Origin: Vicinamibacterales bacterium
GTDB lineage: Bacteria; Acidobacteriota; Vicinamibacteria; Vicinamibacterales; UBA8438
Reading direction: 5' to 3'
DNA: 64,000 nucleotides
NCBI GenBank assembly: GCA_965208535.1
Contig: CBDBOU010000002.1
Coordinates: forward strand, 131,701 to 195,700
Shown here in pieces: positions 1-8,399 of this stretch; the stretch's first letter is position 1, and every line of letters starts with the position of its first letter. A model generated the notes under the pieces. It ran no database searches and was not told where the DNA came from. It saw only the letters and a program-made list of their open reading frames with translations. The position numbers and the translations under genes are program-made.

Positions 1-572
1 CCGCTGCGGGTTTGCAGCCAGCGGTGCGTCGCGCGCTCCGAGGCCGGCTGGGCCAGGCGCCCGACGACGGCGCCGACCGCCGCGGTGCGCAGCGCGCCGT
101 TGACACCCAACTCAGTCAGCAGGGCCGGTAGGCCCAACTGCTCCAGGGCCCACAGGCCGACCTGCTCGACGCCGACGCAGCGGGGGCGGACCAGGCGCAG
201 CGAGTCGACGTCGACCGGCTGGATGTCTGTCGGTCCGGCGGCCGGTCCCTGCACGGGTGTGCCGCGGGCGATCAACTGTGCGGCTATCCGTTGCGCTTCG
301 TGTTCGACGGCGGTCGGGCAGTCGGGGACCAGGGGCGTCTGGCCGGCCAGGATGTCGTCGATGCGGGAGCAGAGCAGCGGCCATTGCGCTTGGGGAATGT
401 CGAAGTGGCGTCCGAGATTGAGCAAGGTGCGCTGGCGGACGGCGTTGCCGATGCGCTCGGAGTGGACGAGGCGATGCGAGAAGTAGGGCTGTCCGTCTTC
501 GGTCCGCCGGGTTTGGGTACGCCGAACGAACATGCGCCCACGATAACGGGTGCACGTCCACCGAAGCAACAC
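1..572 (-). CDS. IS1634-family DDE transposase, N-terminal part (rest lies outside window)
   Basis: Corresponds by the 23356-nt offset to the 5' part of the 615-aa transposase ORF 22081-23928 (MFVRRTQTRRTEDGQPYFSHRLVH...). Confidence 0.8.
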   Translation of the reverse strand, partial: MLLRWTCTRYRGRMFVRRTQTRRTEDGQPYFSHRLVHSERIGNAVRQRTLLNLGRHFDIPQAQWPLLCSRIDDILAGQTPLVPDCPTAVEHEAQRIAAQLIARGTPVQGPAAGPTDIQPVDVDSLRLVRPRCVGVEQVGLWALEQLGLPALLTELGVNGALRTAAVGAVVGRLAQPASERATHRWLQTRS

Positions 573-708
573 ATCCCTGAAAATTATGGCACTACATTCA
601 GCTCTGCCAACCTCCGCTTCTTTAGAATCAACAAGTTACGAGCCTGCGACCTCTGAAATATCGCCCAGATCTACAGAATTGTCGGCAATCCTGTTAAACA
701 TGGGCTAG
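1..708 (-). mobile_element. IS1634-family (IS4-like) insertion sequence, partial copy cut by window start
   Basis: nt 1-708 repeat nt 23357-24064. ORFs 85-486/23441-23842 and 291-656/23647-24012 translate identically. Same terminal sequence ...cctgttaaacatgggctag. Confidence 0.85.
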
Positions 709-1076
709 TTCCGCACTGGATGGCTCCGGGCAGACACCGAGTAGAGCGCCATGTGCCGCAACTGCCGTACACGGCGGAGGTCGAGGCGTTCGACCGGCTG
801 AAGCGGCAACTCGCCGCCTATCGGGTCGTCTTCGGGCAGCCGAGGCAGGAGGAGCTGGTCACGTTGCTTGATCGCGCTGGTGTCGATGTTGCGAGGCTCA
901 GAGGCTGGGCAGTCGATCTCTCGCCGCCGGCGACTCCGAAGCTTCGCTCTTGACGCAGCGAGCACGACTCGCATTCGTACGCCGGGTTCGCTTGGCTGGC
1001 CTCCTGCGCTGTTGCGAGTCTTTCAACGGCCTGTTGCGGTCTGCATCGCGGCTTTGCGTTCCAATGGTATCATTTT

Positions 1077-1251
1077 GTGGTACCAATCGTGTCATTGAAG
1101 CGCCGCCACCGACGCACTCTCGCGTTGCTCTTTGAGCATCCGACCCCGGGCAACATCCCGTGGAGGGACCGTCCACACCCGGGCCCCGACACGGACAAAG
1201 GCGCTGTAGCGTGCATCCGCGACTGGCTGAGGCACACCGGAGTGGAACCAT
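1077..1251 (+). pseudogene. HicA-like toxin, short and apparently internally deleted
   Basis: Unlisted ORF under 60 aa (GTG 1077 or 1089, TGA 1249-1251) reading ..KRRHRRTLALLFEHPTPGNIPWRD|RPHPGPDTDKGAVACIRDWLRHTGVEP. N- and C-terminal motifs resemble the YcfA/HicA-like family, but the middle ~30 aa seem absent. The stop overlaps the hicB ATG (ATGA). Confidence 0.4.
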
Positions 1252-1591
1252 GAGAAACACGATGGAGATCGAGGGCTACCGCGCAGTCATTCAATTCGAG
1301 CCCGACATCGACCTGTTTCGGGGCGAGTTCGTGGGCTTGAACGGTAGTGCGGATTTCTGCGCACCGGACGTCGTCGGGCTGCGGCGCGAGGGAGCCGCGT
1401 CGCTCAAGGTTTTTCTGGACATGTGCCGGGAGGACGGCGTCAAGCCCCGGCGGCAGTTCTCCGGCAAGTTCCACTTGCGCGTCCCGCCGGAGTTGCACGC
1501 GGCCATTGTGGAAGCGGCGGCCGCCGACGGAAAGAGCCTCAACCAGTGGGTCACGGACGAATTGCGTGCCAGCGTCACCGGCGCAGCGTGA
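1250..1591 (+). CDS. hicB: HicB-family antitoxin
   Basis: MRNTMEIEGYRAVIQFEPDIDLFRGEFVGLNGSADF...FSGKFHLRVPPELHAAIVEAAAADGKSLNQWV is typical HicB_lk_antitox plus a C-terminal RHH-like tail. The internal ATG at 1250 in ORF 1160-1591 is the likely start. Confidence 0.8.
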   Translation: MRNTMEIEGYRAVIQFEPDIDLFRGEFVGLNGSADFCAPDVVGLRREGAASLKVFLDMCREDGVKPRRQFSGKFHLRVPPELHAAIVEAAAADGKSLNQWVTDELRASVTGAA

Positions 1592-1608
1592 AGCGGAACG
1601 AGTCCCCT

Positions 1609-1818
1609 ATGAAGAAGCTGATTCGGGCAGCACGCTCCGCGTTCGGCGTCCGAACTCGTCCTGCGCCGCCAGTTTCCAACGAGTCCAAGCGGCGTGAGGC
1701 GGACAGGAGGATCGTGTCTAACCTGAGCAGCGGGAACGCTCGATTGCAGCAAGGTCGATTTACGACCCGCGAGGACATCGATCGCGAGCGTGAGCGAGTG
1801 CTGGCGCGCAAGCTCTGA
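1609..1818 (+). CDS. hypothetical small protein
   Basis: ATG at 1609 within ORF 1423-1818 (MKKLIRAARSAF...NARLQQGRFTTREDIDRERERVLARKL). No family recognised. Confidence 0.25.
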   Translation: MKKLIRAARSAFGVRTRPAPPVSNESKRREADRRIVSNLSSGNARLQQGRFTTREDIDRERERVLARKL

Positions 1819-1959
1819 CCGATGCTGCCCGAGTTCCCGTCTATCTCGGACAGCGCTCACGCGGTGGCGGCCAGCTTCCCGTCCCGCAGCCGATCCAGGA
1901 GTTACTCCCACGGTCTCGAATCGCGAGGGTCGACGTCGTTGCGTCTCACCAGGCCGGCT

Positions 1960-2349
1960 TCAGGGTCGACCGCGTCCGAGATACGCAAGCACGGCCGTCG
2001 TCAACAGTCCTGACCGTCCGCCCTTGGTTCGCTTCGCGACGCGGTCGATCAACGCCAGCAACCGAGACGGCAGCGTGACGTTCACTCGTACCGCTCGTTC
2101 CGACATCAGTCCATCATCGACGGTGACGGCGGCAACGATCCCACCATCCGGCTCGATGGTGTCGCTTGGCGGCGGCACCGGCTCGCCATCCGTCAGCATT
2201 CCTTCGACGTGCAGCGCGATCGCCTCTGCCGCGTTCTGCAAGGCATCGGCGAGCGTGTCGCCGGCCGAGAAGCAACCCGGCAGATCCGGCACCGTGACGC
2301 CACACGATCCGTCCGATCGGTCCTGGTGCACGACGACCAGGTATTGCAT
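1960..2349 (-). CDS. hicB: HicB-family antitoxin with C-terminal ribbon-helix-helix
   Basis: MQYLVVVHQDRSDGSCGVTVPDLPGCFSAGDTLADALQNAAEAIALHVEG...VRVNVTLPSRLLALIDRVAKRTKGGRSGLLTTAVLAYL. Internal ATG at 2349 of ORF 1960-2496. Confidence 0.85.
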   Translation of the reverse strand: MQYLVVVHQDRSDGSCGVTVPDLPGCFSAGDTLADALQNAAEAIALHVEGMLTDGEPVPPPSDTIEPDGGIVAAVTVDDGLMSERAVRVNVTLPSRLLALIDRVAKRTKGGRSGLLTTAVLAYLGRGRP

Positions 2350-2537
2350 CACTTCCCCCACGGCCAACCGGCCTGTCGATAGATGTTGTGCAGCGTGCAG
2401 TCGGGATGTCCTTACCGGTGCTGAACCGTGACCCGACCGGGCCGGTTCGGGTGCGTGAACTACTGATGGCTGCCGCGCGCCTGCGTTCGCTTCCACCCGT
2501 CCCGCTGGAGCCGCTTGATGACCGCCGCGCTGTCCAT
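2349..2537 (-). pseudogene. hicA: hicA toxin pseudogene (in-frame TAG plus frameshifts)
   Basis: Minus-strand reading from ATG 2537: MDSAAVIKRLQRDGWKRTQARGSHQ*FTHPNRPGRVTVQHR*. The remaining HicA motifs (GKDIPT, TLHNIYRQAGW) lie in two other frames. The reading ends TGATG-overlapped with hicB. Confidence 0.7.
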
Positions 2538-2885
2538 GTATGCACTATACACACGGCGCGAATGATCAAGCGTTGACCGGCGTTCTTGGGCGTCCGACAG
2601 CACGTCTCGCAGGCTCCCCGGTCCCATGGCGCGTACCGAGCGGGTGGCGGCCAGTGACGAGCGGGATGTAATGGTGGCCGAGGACCGGCGCACCCACGCC
2701 CGTCACCGCGAGCGATGTACGCCAGTACGTCGCCCCGGACGCGCGGTTCTGCGCCGTCGGCAGCCAGGCTCCGATGCCGTTCGGGAAGTCGGTGATCAAC
2801 GACAATTACTTTGACCGGTCGGCGAGCACGCGATCGGTCGTTTCGAGGTTGCACGCAGAGTCGTGTGAGACTGCCCGTTTTCCTG

Positions 2886-4388
2886 GTGGAGGACGGGTTG
2901 GTCACGGATGCGCAGGTTCGGCGATTTCGCGAGAAACGGATGTCTGGGAAAACGTTGGCGGCGGCCGCGGCAGCGGCGGGCATGAGCGAGCGGACGGCGC
3001 GTCGTTGGCAACAGCGCGGCGCGTTGCCGTCGACGACGAACGCGCCACGGACGTGGCGGACGCGGGAGGACCCGTTCGCCGAGGTGTGGGAGTCGGAGGT
3101 GGTTCCGCAGTTGGTGGCCGACACCGACGGCCGGCTGCAAGTGCTGACGTTGTTCAAAGCGCTGTGCGTGCGGCATCCGGGCCGTTTCCAAAGGGGGCAG
3201 CTACGGACGCTGCAGCGGCGGGTTCGGGACTGGCGGGTGCAGTACGGTCCGGACCGCGAGGTGTACTTCGAGCAGGTGGCGGTTCCGGGTCGGGAAGCGG
3301 CGTTCGACTTCACGGACGCGAGCGACCTGGGGGTGACGATCCGGGGCGTGCCCTTGCCGCACCTGCTGTTCGAGTGGGTGCTCAGCTACAGCAAGTGGAC
3401 GTATGTGGGACTGGCGCTGAGCGAGACGTTCGAGGCGCTGGTGGCCGGCCTGCAGGGGGCGCTTTGGATGCTGGGCGCGGTGCCAGCGTTGCTTCGTCAC
3501 GACAACCTGTCGGCGGCGACGCACGAGCTGAAGCGCAGCGGTGGCCGCCAGCTGACGGCTCGGTTCAAGCAGGTGCTGGACCACTACGGGCTGGACTCGT
3601 CGAGGATCCGGCCGGGGAAGGCGCACGAGAACGGGGTGGTCGAGCAATCGCACTTCCGCACGAAGACAGCCATCGAGCAGGCGCTGCTGCTGCGGGGCGA
3701 CCGAGACTTCGATGACGAGTCCTCCTACCTGCGCTTCGCACGAGCGGTCGTCGACGAGGAGCGGAACCGGCCGGCGGCGGCACGGCTGGCCGAGGAGCGG
3801 GCGTTTCTGCGGCCGTTGCCGGCGTCGCGGATCCCGGAGTACACGACGTTCCGGTGCAGGGTGCGCAAGTGGAGCACGATTCGCCTCGGCAACCGGATCT
3901 ATTCGGTACCGTCGCGTCTGATCGGTCACACGGTCGAGGCGCGTCAGCACCCGTCGACGGTTGAAATCCTGTACGGCGGCCGGGTGCTGTGCACGATGCC
4001 GCGTCTTCGAGGCGCGGCGGACCACCGGATCGACTATCGCCACATCATCGCGAGCCTGGTCCGCAAGCCGGGCGCCTTTGCGCGGTACCGCTTCCGCGAA
4101 GAGCTGTTCCCGTCGCTGACGTTCCGCGCGGCGTATGACGCGCTGGGGCGGACGCACGGCGAGCGGGCCGACGTCGAGTATGTGCGGCTACTGCACCTGG
4201 CGGCCTCGACCAGCGAGCGTCAGGTCGAGACGACGCTTCGGGCTCGTCTCGACGCCGGCGACACGTGCGAGTACGCCAGCGTGCAGGCCGAAGTGCGTCC
4301 GCCGGTCCCGACCGTGCCGGTCGTAGACATCCCTCGCCCCGACCTGACGCGGTACGACGCGTTGTTGACCGGAGGCCTGCACGGATGA
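2886..4388 (+). CDS. istA: IS21-family transposase IstA
   Basis: HTH (GMSERTARRWQQRG) plus DDE core (..FDFTDASDL..., HDNLSAAT, GKAHENGVVEQSHF). ORF 2811-4388. GTG 2886 is chosen because the TTG at 2811 lies inside the terminal repeat; the start remains uncertain. Confidence 0.85.
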   Translation: MEDGLVTDAQVRRFREKRMSGKTLAAAAAAAGMSERTARRWQQRGALPSTTNAPRTWRTREDPFAEVWESEVVPQLVADTDGRLQVLTLFKALCVRHPGRFQRGQLRTLQRRVRDWRVQYGPDREVYFEQVAVPGREAAFDFTDASDLGVTIRGVPLPHLLFEWVLSYSKWTYVGLALSETFEALVAGLQGALWMLGAVPALLRHDNLSAATHELKRSGGRQLTARFKQVLDHYGLDSSRIRPGKAHENGVVEQSHFRTKTAIEQALLLRGDRDFDDESSYLRFARAVVDEERNRPAAARLAEERAFLRPLPASRIPEYTTFRCRVRKWSTIRLGNRIYSVPSRLIGHTVEARQHPSTVEILYGGRVLCTMPRLRGAADHRIDYRHIIASLVRKPGAFARYRFREELFPSLTFRAAYDALGRTHGERADVEYVRLLHLAASTSERQVETTLRARLDAGDTCEYASVQAEVRPPVPTVPVVDIPRPDLTRYDALLTGGLHG

Positions 4389-5206
4389 CGGCGCCGAGCA
4401 CGCAGGTGACGACTCTGCTGACGCAGTTCAACCTGACGACGGCGTCCGAGGAGCTGGTGCCGCGGTTGACGCAGGCAGGCCACCACGACGCGCTGCCGGT
4501 GTTGCTGGAAGTGTTCGAGGCTGAAGCCGAGGCGCGACGCCAGCGGCGGATTGCCCGGTTGCGCCGGACCTCGCGTCTGCCGCCCGGCAAGACATTCGAG
4601 ACCCTCGACACGGGTCGGTTGCCGGGCCCGGTCGTTCAGCAATTGAAGACACTGGCCAGCGGGGCGTTCCTCGAGACGGCGACCAATGTGCTGGCTTTCG
4701 GCCTGCCTGGCGTCGGCAAGAGCCACGCGCTGTGCGCCGTCGGGCACGCGCTGGTTGAGGCTGGCCACAGCGTGTTGTGCGTCCCGGCCTACGCCCTGGT
4801 CCAGGAACTGCTCGGCGCGAAACGCGACCTCGACCTGCCCCGGGCGCTGCGCAAGCTCGACCTCTTCGAGGCGATCCTGCTCGACGATCTCGGCTACGTG
4901 CAGCAGAGTCCCGACGAGGCCGAGGTGCTGTTCACGTTGCTGGCCGAGCGCTACGAGCGGCGTTCGGTAATGGTGACCAGCAACCTGGTGTTCAGCCAGT
5001 GGGACCGGATCTTCCGTGACCAGATGGCCACTGCCGCGGCGATCGACCGCTTGGTACACCACTCGGTCGTGCTCGAGTTCGACGTGCCGAGCTTTCGGAC
5101 CGACCCGTCACGGCCCACGTCATCGGCGCCATCACCGCCGCCTGTGCCTCGCGGACGTCCGCCAGGCCCCCTGTTGCCACGGCGCCGCCGACCTGCGAGT
5201 TCGTGA
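4385..5206 (+). CDS. istB: IS21-family helper ATPase IstB
   Basis: Walker A GLPGVGKSH, Walker B ILLDDLGY, SNLVFSQW, IDRLVHHS. The ATG overlaps the istA stop (ATGA at 4385-4388). Confidence 0.9.
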   Translation: MTAPSTQVTTLLTQFNLTTASEELVPRLTQAGHHDALPVLLEVFEAEAEARRQRRIARLRRTSRLPPGKTFETLDTGRLPGPVVQQLKTLASGAFLETATNVLAFGLPGVGKSHALCAVGHALVEAGHSVLCVPAYALVQELLGAKRDLDLPRALRKLDLFEAILLDDLGYVQQSPDEAEVLFTLLAERYERRSVMVTSNLVFSQWDRIFRDQMATAAAIDRLVHHSVVLEFDVPSFRTDPSRPTSSAPSPPPVPRGRPPGPLLPRRRRPASS

Positions 5207-5236
5207 AGCCTTCCGCCAGTTGCCCGGTATTGCGGG

Positions 5237-5524
5237 CCGAGCGGAGGATTCGCGCGCGGCCGAGCGTCAACGCCCATCCAGACTGTGGTCGGCGCGCGCG
5301 ATAGCGCCGCCTCCAGGCTCGCCTGGCGCAACTACGGACGCCGCTCGTCCCCACGGTTGCCGCGTGCGCCAGACGAGCCTTCCGCGGCACTCGATGGGTC
5401 GCTCGACGGAACGCCCTCTTCGGTTCGTCGTCGTCGACCACACCGTCCGGCCCAGCCGGCCGTTCCGTCTCGCGAGGGTACCCCGACCGGGCATGACCAG
5501 CACCGACGTCCGGCTCGGAACCAC
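5237..5524 (+). repeat. 288-nt non-coding module shared with the second IS21 element (copy 1)
   Basis: Aligns end to end with the reverse complement of 11437-11724 (roughly 85-90% identity by eye). Lies between the istB stop and the IS terminal repeats. No frame shows protein-like conservation. Confidence 0.8.
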
Positions 5525-5792
5525 TCGCGTTCAGTTTCCTTCAGATCTCAGTGACCGTTGACACATGAGGGCCTCTGATCCTCTCAACCGGCCAAAATGG
5601 TTGACGCTGACCGGCCAAAGTAGTTGACGCCGAACAGTCGGGGCATCGTCTGCTATTGCTGCTGCTGCCGTGGCGTGACAGCCCTGTTTGATGCTTCGAC
5701 CGCGGAGCATGACCGCCAAGTCGCACGTTCGAGGGGATGGATTGCGTTGTCGGGGACAGACAAGGCCCGGCCGGGCGTGGTAGCTTGACTAA

Positions 5793-5993
5793 ATGGAAAA
5801 GGTCCGAATCGAGGCCGAGTTGCCGGCAGCGTTGGCAGCGCAGGCGCGCGCGTTCGTTGCCGAGGGATGTGCGAACGATTTCGACGACCTGCTGGCGGAA
5901 GCCCTGCGGCGCTTCCTCGAGTCCCACACCTCCGAGTTGACCGAGGCCTTCATGAAGGAGGACGTCCAATGGGGACTTCATGGAGACGACTGA
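5793..5993 (+). CDS. putative antitoxin partner of the downstream PIN protein
   Basis: 66-aa ORF (MEKVRIEAELPAALAAQARAFVAEG..LLAEALRRFLES) overlapping the PIN gene by 14 nt, a TA-like arrangement. Confidence 0.55.
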   Translation: MEKVRIEAELPAALAAQARAFVAEGCANDFDDLLAEALRRFLESHTSELTEAFMKEDVQWGLHGDD

Positions 5994-6501
5994 AACGGGA
6001 CCGCATGTCGTGTGCGATGCCGGTCCGGTCATTCATCTGGACGAACTCGGGTGTCTCGATCTCCTGCACGACTTCCCACGCGTGATCGTGCCAGCGACGG
6101 TGCGCGGAGAGATTGAGCGGCACCGCCCGGCTGCTCTCCGTCGTCCAGGCTTCTCGTGGCGCCACGCTGCACCTCACGGACCGTCGTCGGCCGCGCTCCG
6201 CGTGCTCGCTCGAGTCCTGCCGCTCCATAGCGGCGAGGTCGAAGCGCTATGGGTCGCCGCCGACTATCCAGGAGCTTGGTTCCTGACGGACGACGCCGCG
6301 GCGCGGCTGGCCGCGCGCAGTCTCGACATCCGGGTTCACGGCACCATCGGCATTCTGCTACGAGCGATACGTCGGGGGAAGCGCTCCAGGAACGCGGTCG
6401 CCGCGCTTCTTCGAGAGCTGCCCAGCCGGACGACTCTGCATGTTCGACCCGGCCTGCTGAAGGACTTCATCCGGTCCGTCGAGCAGTCGGGAGGCGGGTG
6501 A
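5980..6501 (+). CDS. PIN-domain protein (DUF3368-like) putative toxin
   Basis: VVCDAGPVIHLDELGCLDLL..., SGEVEALWVA, FLTDDAAARLAARSLDIRVHGTIGILLRA match the DUF3368/PIN pattern. Confidence 0.75.
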   Translation: METTETGPHVVCDAGPVIHLDELGCLDLLHDFPRVIVPATVRGEIERHRPAALRRPGFSWRHAAPHGPSSAALRVLARVLPLHSGEVEALWVAADYPGAWFLTDDAAARLAARSLDIRVHGTIGILLRAIRRGKRSRNAVAALLRELPSRTTLHVRPGLLKDFIRSVEQSGGG

Positions 6502-6548
6502 CGAACTGCCGGAACACGGCAGCGACATCCGGTTCGAGGACGACGGCC

Positions 6549-7319
6549 ATGGTCGTCCCGCTTATGCCCGACTCTCCCCTCCGGGCGAGTCTGTTATCGC
6601 GTTTCGGGGCGGCGCTGCGGCGCGCGGCGCCGGCGAGCCGGATCCGGTGGAGCGCGTCGAGCGGGCAAAGCGACACGATCGTCGATGCGCTCCAGAGACA
6701 CGATGCGGCTTTTCTGGAGGCGGCGACGCTGCGGTCGTGGGGACGCATCGACCCCGGAAACGCCAAGCTGCGGGAGCTGGTGGGCGAGCTGATCGACGAC
6801 GGGCTGTGGCGCCTGCTGTGGATGCCGCCCACGCTGCCGTACTGGCCGCTGGAAGGACCGTTCGAAGGCAAGGAGCACGCGACGAAACGGCTGCTGTTCT
6901 CGGCCTGGAACGTGGTGCCGGACGTTGTCAGCGCCGTCCTCAGCTACGAAGCGGAACGGCTCATGATGGGAGGCCGGCTCGACTCCTACGACAACCCCGA
7001 CGCGCAGCAGCGGCCGTTGCTGCGGCTGACGCAGACAGCGGCCGGCGTCCGATCGGGCGGTGGATCTCTCGCCCCCGGTGACGCCGGGGTTACGCTCATG
7101 ACGCAGCGGCTACTCGATACCAGGCGACGGGGCGGACGTCGTCGCGTCTCACGAAGCAGGCACTCGCTGCGCCGCTCACTCGACGACCATTCGTGCCGCG
7201 TCGATCGCCTGCCGACAGTCTCGCTTCGTCGCGGGTTGTCGTCGTTCATCGTGCCCCGCGCGACTGACCCGAACGGGATGATCCGCTCCGGATCCACTCC
7301 CCGGCCAATCGACCGGTGA
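6549..7319 (+). CDS. hypothetical protein (source of the repeated 140-bp fragment)
   Basis: ATG 6549 inside ORF 6249-7319. Protein-like central part (..LIDDGLWRLLWMPPTLPYWPLEGPFEGKEHATKRLLFSAWNVVPDVVSAVLSYEAE..). The C-terminus is Arg-rich and doubtful. Confidence 0.3.
   Translation: MVVPLMPDSPLRASLLSRFGAALRRAAPASRIRWSASSGQSDTIVDALQRHDAAFLEAATLRSWGRIDPGNAKLRELVGELIDDGLWRLLWMPPTLPYWPLEGPFEGKEHATKRLLFSAWNVVPDVVSAVLSYEAERLMMGGRLDSYDNPDAQQRPLLRLTQTAAGVRSGGGSLAPGDAGVTLMTQRLLDTRRRGGRRRVSRSRHSLRRSLDDHSCRVDRLPTVSLRRGLSSFIVPRATDPNGMIRSGSTPRPIDR
6816..6955 (+). repeat. 140-bp gene-fragment repeat, copy A (in-frame, inside ORF 6549-7319)
   Basis: Direct DNA similarity to 8232-8371 and, more weakly, to 9028-9105. 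Confidence 0.75.
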
Positions 7320-7352
7320 CCGGAGACGCGGGCGAATTGTGAGTGTTGCGCC

Positions 7353-7490
7353 CCGGCTTCAGGGTCGACCCCGTGCCGAGGTACGCAAGCACGGCCGTCG
7401 TCAACAGTCCTGACCGTCCGCCCTTGGTTCGCTTCGCGACGCGGTCGATCAACGCCAGCAACCGAGACGGCAGCGTGACGATCACGCGTA
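7353..7490 (-). pseudogene. orphan fragment of the hicB 3' end (RHH tail)
   Basis: nt 7353-7490 are near-identical to nt 1954-2090 and encode VTLPSRLLALIDRVAKRTKGGRSGLLTTAVLAYLG. No HicB N-terminal domain lies upstream. Confidence 0.55.
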
Positions 7491-7682
7491 CAAATCGAGC
7501 CCCTCCTGCCCTATCGACGTGCTGGTGAGCGCGAAAGGCCGGAAACGGGCTGTCCTCGCGGCACGCAGTCTGCGTGGCGGGAGCGGCGTCGCCGCCACCC
7601 GCTCGGTGGCCCGGGCGCCGGGACGGGCCGCTGTTGAGCCCATCCGCTCCACGTCCGCGCATTTCCAAGTGGAGGTGGACAG

Positions 7683-8198
7683 ATGACTTACCGACTCGCG
7701 TTGATCGTCGTGCAGCTGGTGGCCGCTCCGGTTGCGGCCCAAGACCAGGAGGCCCAGGACCGGGAGTTCGAGGCCGGGGGCGGGGCGTGGCTTGTCAACC
7801 CGCTAGGTGTCCTCGACTTCGACCGGATTGCGGCCCCAAGCGCCAACATCGCCTGGACGAACTGGTACAGCGAGCGATCAGGCTGGACGGCTGGCGTCCT
7901 GGCGCTCCCAGTCTTCGCCGACGAGACCACGGCTATCTTCGGGCACGTCACGTGGAGAAGGCGGTGGATCCACGGCGAGGGCAACTTCACGCATCTGGGA
8001 GTCGGCGGCGGGCCGACGCTCTGGCTCCACGGGCACCCCAAGCCGGAGCGGGGAGTCTCGGTTCTGTACCACGTGGAGGTGTTGACCACGCGGAGAATCC
8101 GAGACGGGCTGTCGCTGCGGGCAGGCGTCACCTTCACGCCATTGCTGCACGTTCCGATCATCGTGCAGCCCGCCGTGATGCTCGTTTGGTCGCGGTGA
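7683..8198 (+). CDS. hypothetical secreted protein (signal peptide)
   Basis: MTYRLALIVVQLVAAPVAAQDQ.. signal-like N-terminus, with an aromatic/Gly-rich beta-type composition afterwards. Confidence 0.45.
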   Translation: MTYRLALIVVQLVAAPVAAQDQEAQDREFEAGGGAWLVNPLGVLDFDRIAAPSANIAWTNWYSERSGWTAGVLALPVFADETTAIFGHVTWRRRWIHGEGNFTHLGVGGGPTLWLHGHPKPERGVSVLYHVEVLTTRRIRDGLSLRAGVTFTPLLHVPIIVQPAVMLVWSR

Positions 8199-8231
8199 CA
8201 GGGTTCTCGGGCTTTGTCCCATCTTCCCGGC

Positions 8232-8371
8232 CTTTGGATGCCGCCCGCGCTGCCGTACTGGTCGCTGTAAGGGCCGTTCGAGGTCAAGGAGCACGCGACG
8301 AAACGGCTGTTGTTCTCGGCGTGCAACGTGGTGCCGGACATCGTCAGCGCCGTCCTCAGCTACGAAGCGGA
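8232..8371 (+). repeat. 140-bp gene-fragment repeat, copy B (decayed, in-frame TAA)
   Basis: ctttggatgccgcccgcgctgccgtactggtcgctgtaagggccg... differs from copy A by scattered substitutions of all types and carries a stop (ctg taa ggg). Confidence 0.75.
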
Positions 8372-8399
8372 GGCCGTCGAGGAAGGGCCTCGTCACGGT

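Larger units (their letters stand above)
2775..5636 (+). mobile_element. IS21-family element (E1), istA-istB plus ~430 bp extra 3' sequence
   Basis: istA/istB pair with ATGA overlap. Left end tgccgttcggg..tcaacgacaattactttgaccggtc resembles the reverse complement of the right end (tgttcggcgtcaactactttggccggtc), giving TG...CA termini. Repeated ggccaaaNtNgttgacgc motifs at 5591-5632. Boundaries are approximate. Confidence 0.7.

Noticed and set aside
720-953. 77-aa ORF next to the IS1634 end as a real gene.
   Set aside because: Partly protein-like (..EVEAFDRLKRQLAAYRVVFGQPRQEELVTLLDRAG..) but no family was recognised, it is overlapped by an equally long antisense ORF, and it may be a remnant. 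It is mentioned only in the junction-homology finding.
2114-3313. Long antisense or out-of-frame ORFs in the track (for example 2114-3313 -, 3201-4157 -, 15853-16914 -, 26901-28853 +, 36077-37453 -, 53102-55225 +, 53271-55295 -, 57308-59554 -, 41141-42652 -).
   Set aside because: They are Arg/Pro/Gly/Ala-rich shadow ORFs typical of high-GC DNA. They lie opposite or out of frame to ORFs with clear family motifs, and they show no recognisable domains.
5237-5524. Known structured RNAs (RNase P, tmRNA, group II intron domain V, SRP) as the identity of the shared IS21 module.
   Set aside because: I could not find the conserved cores of any of these by eye: no GGAAAGUCCGG (RNase P), no tag-peptide frame or tRNA-like end (tmRNA), and no AGC-triad DV hairpin (group II intron). 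A covariance-model search is still needed.
6816-8371. Possible diversity-generating retroelement template/variable repeat pair.
   Set aside because: Differences between the copies involve all four bases rather than adenine-specific changes. One copy has a stop codon. No reverse transcriptase ORF (YxDD) is visible anywhere in the window.
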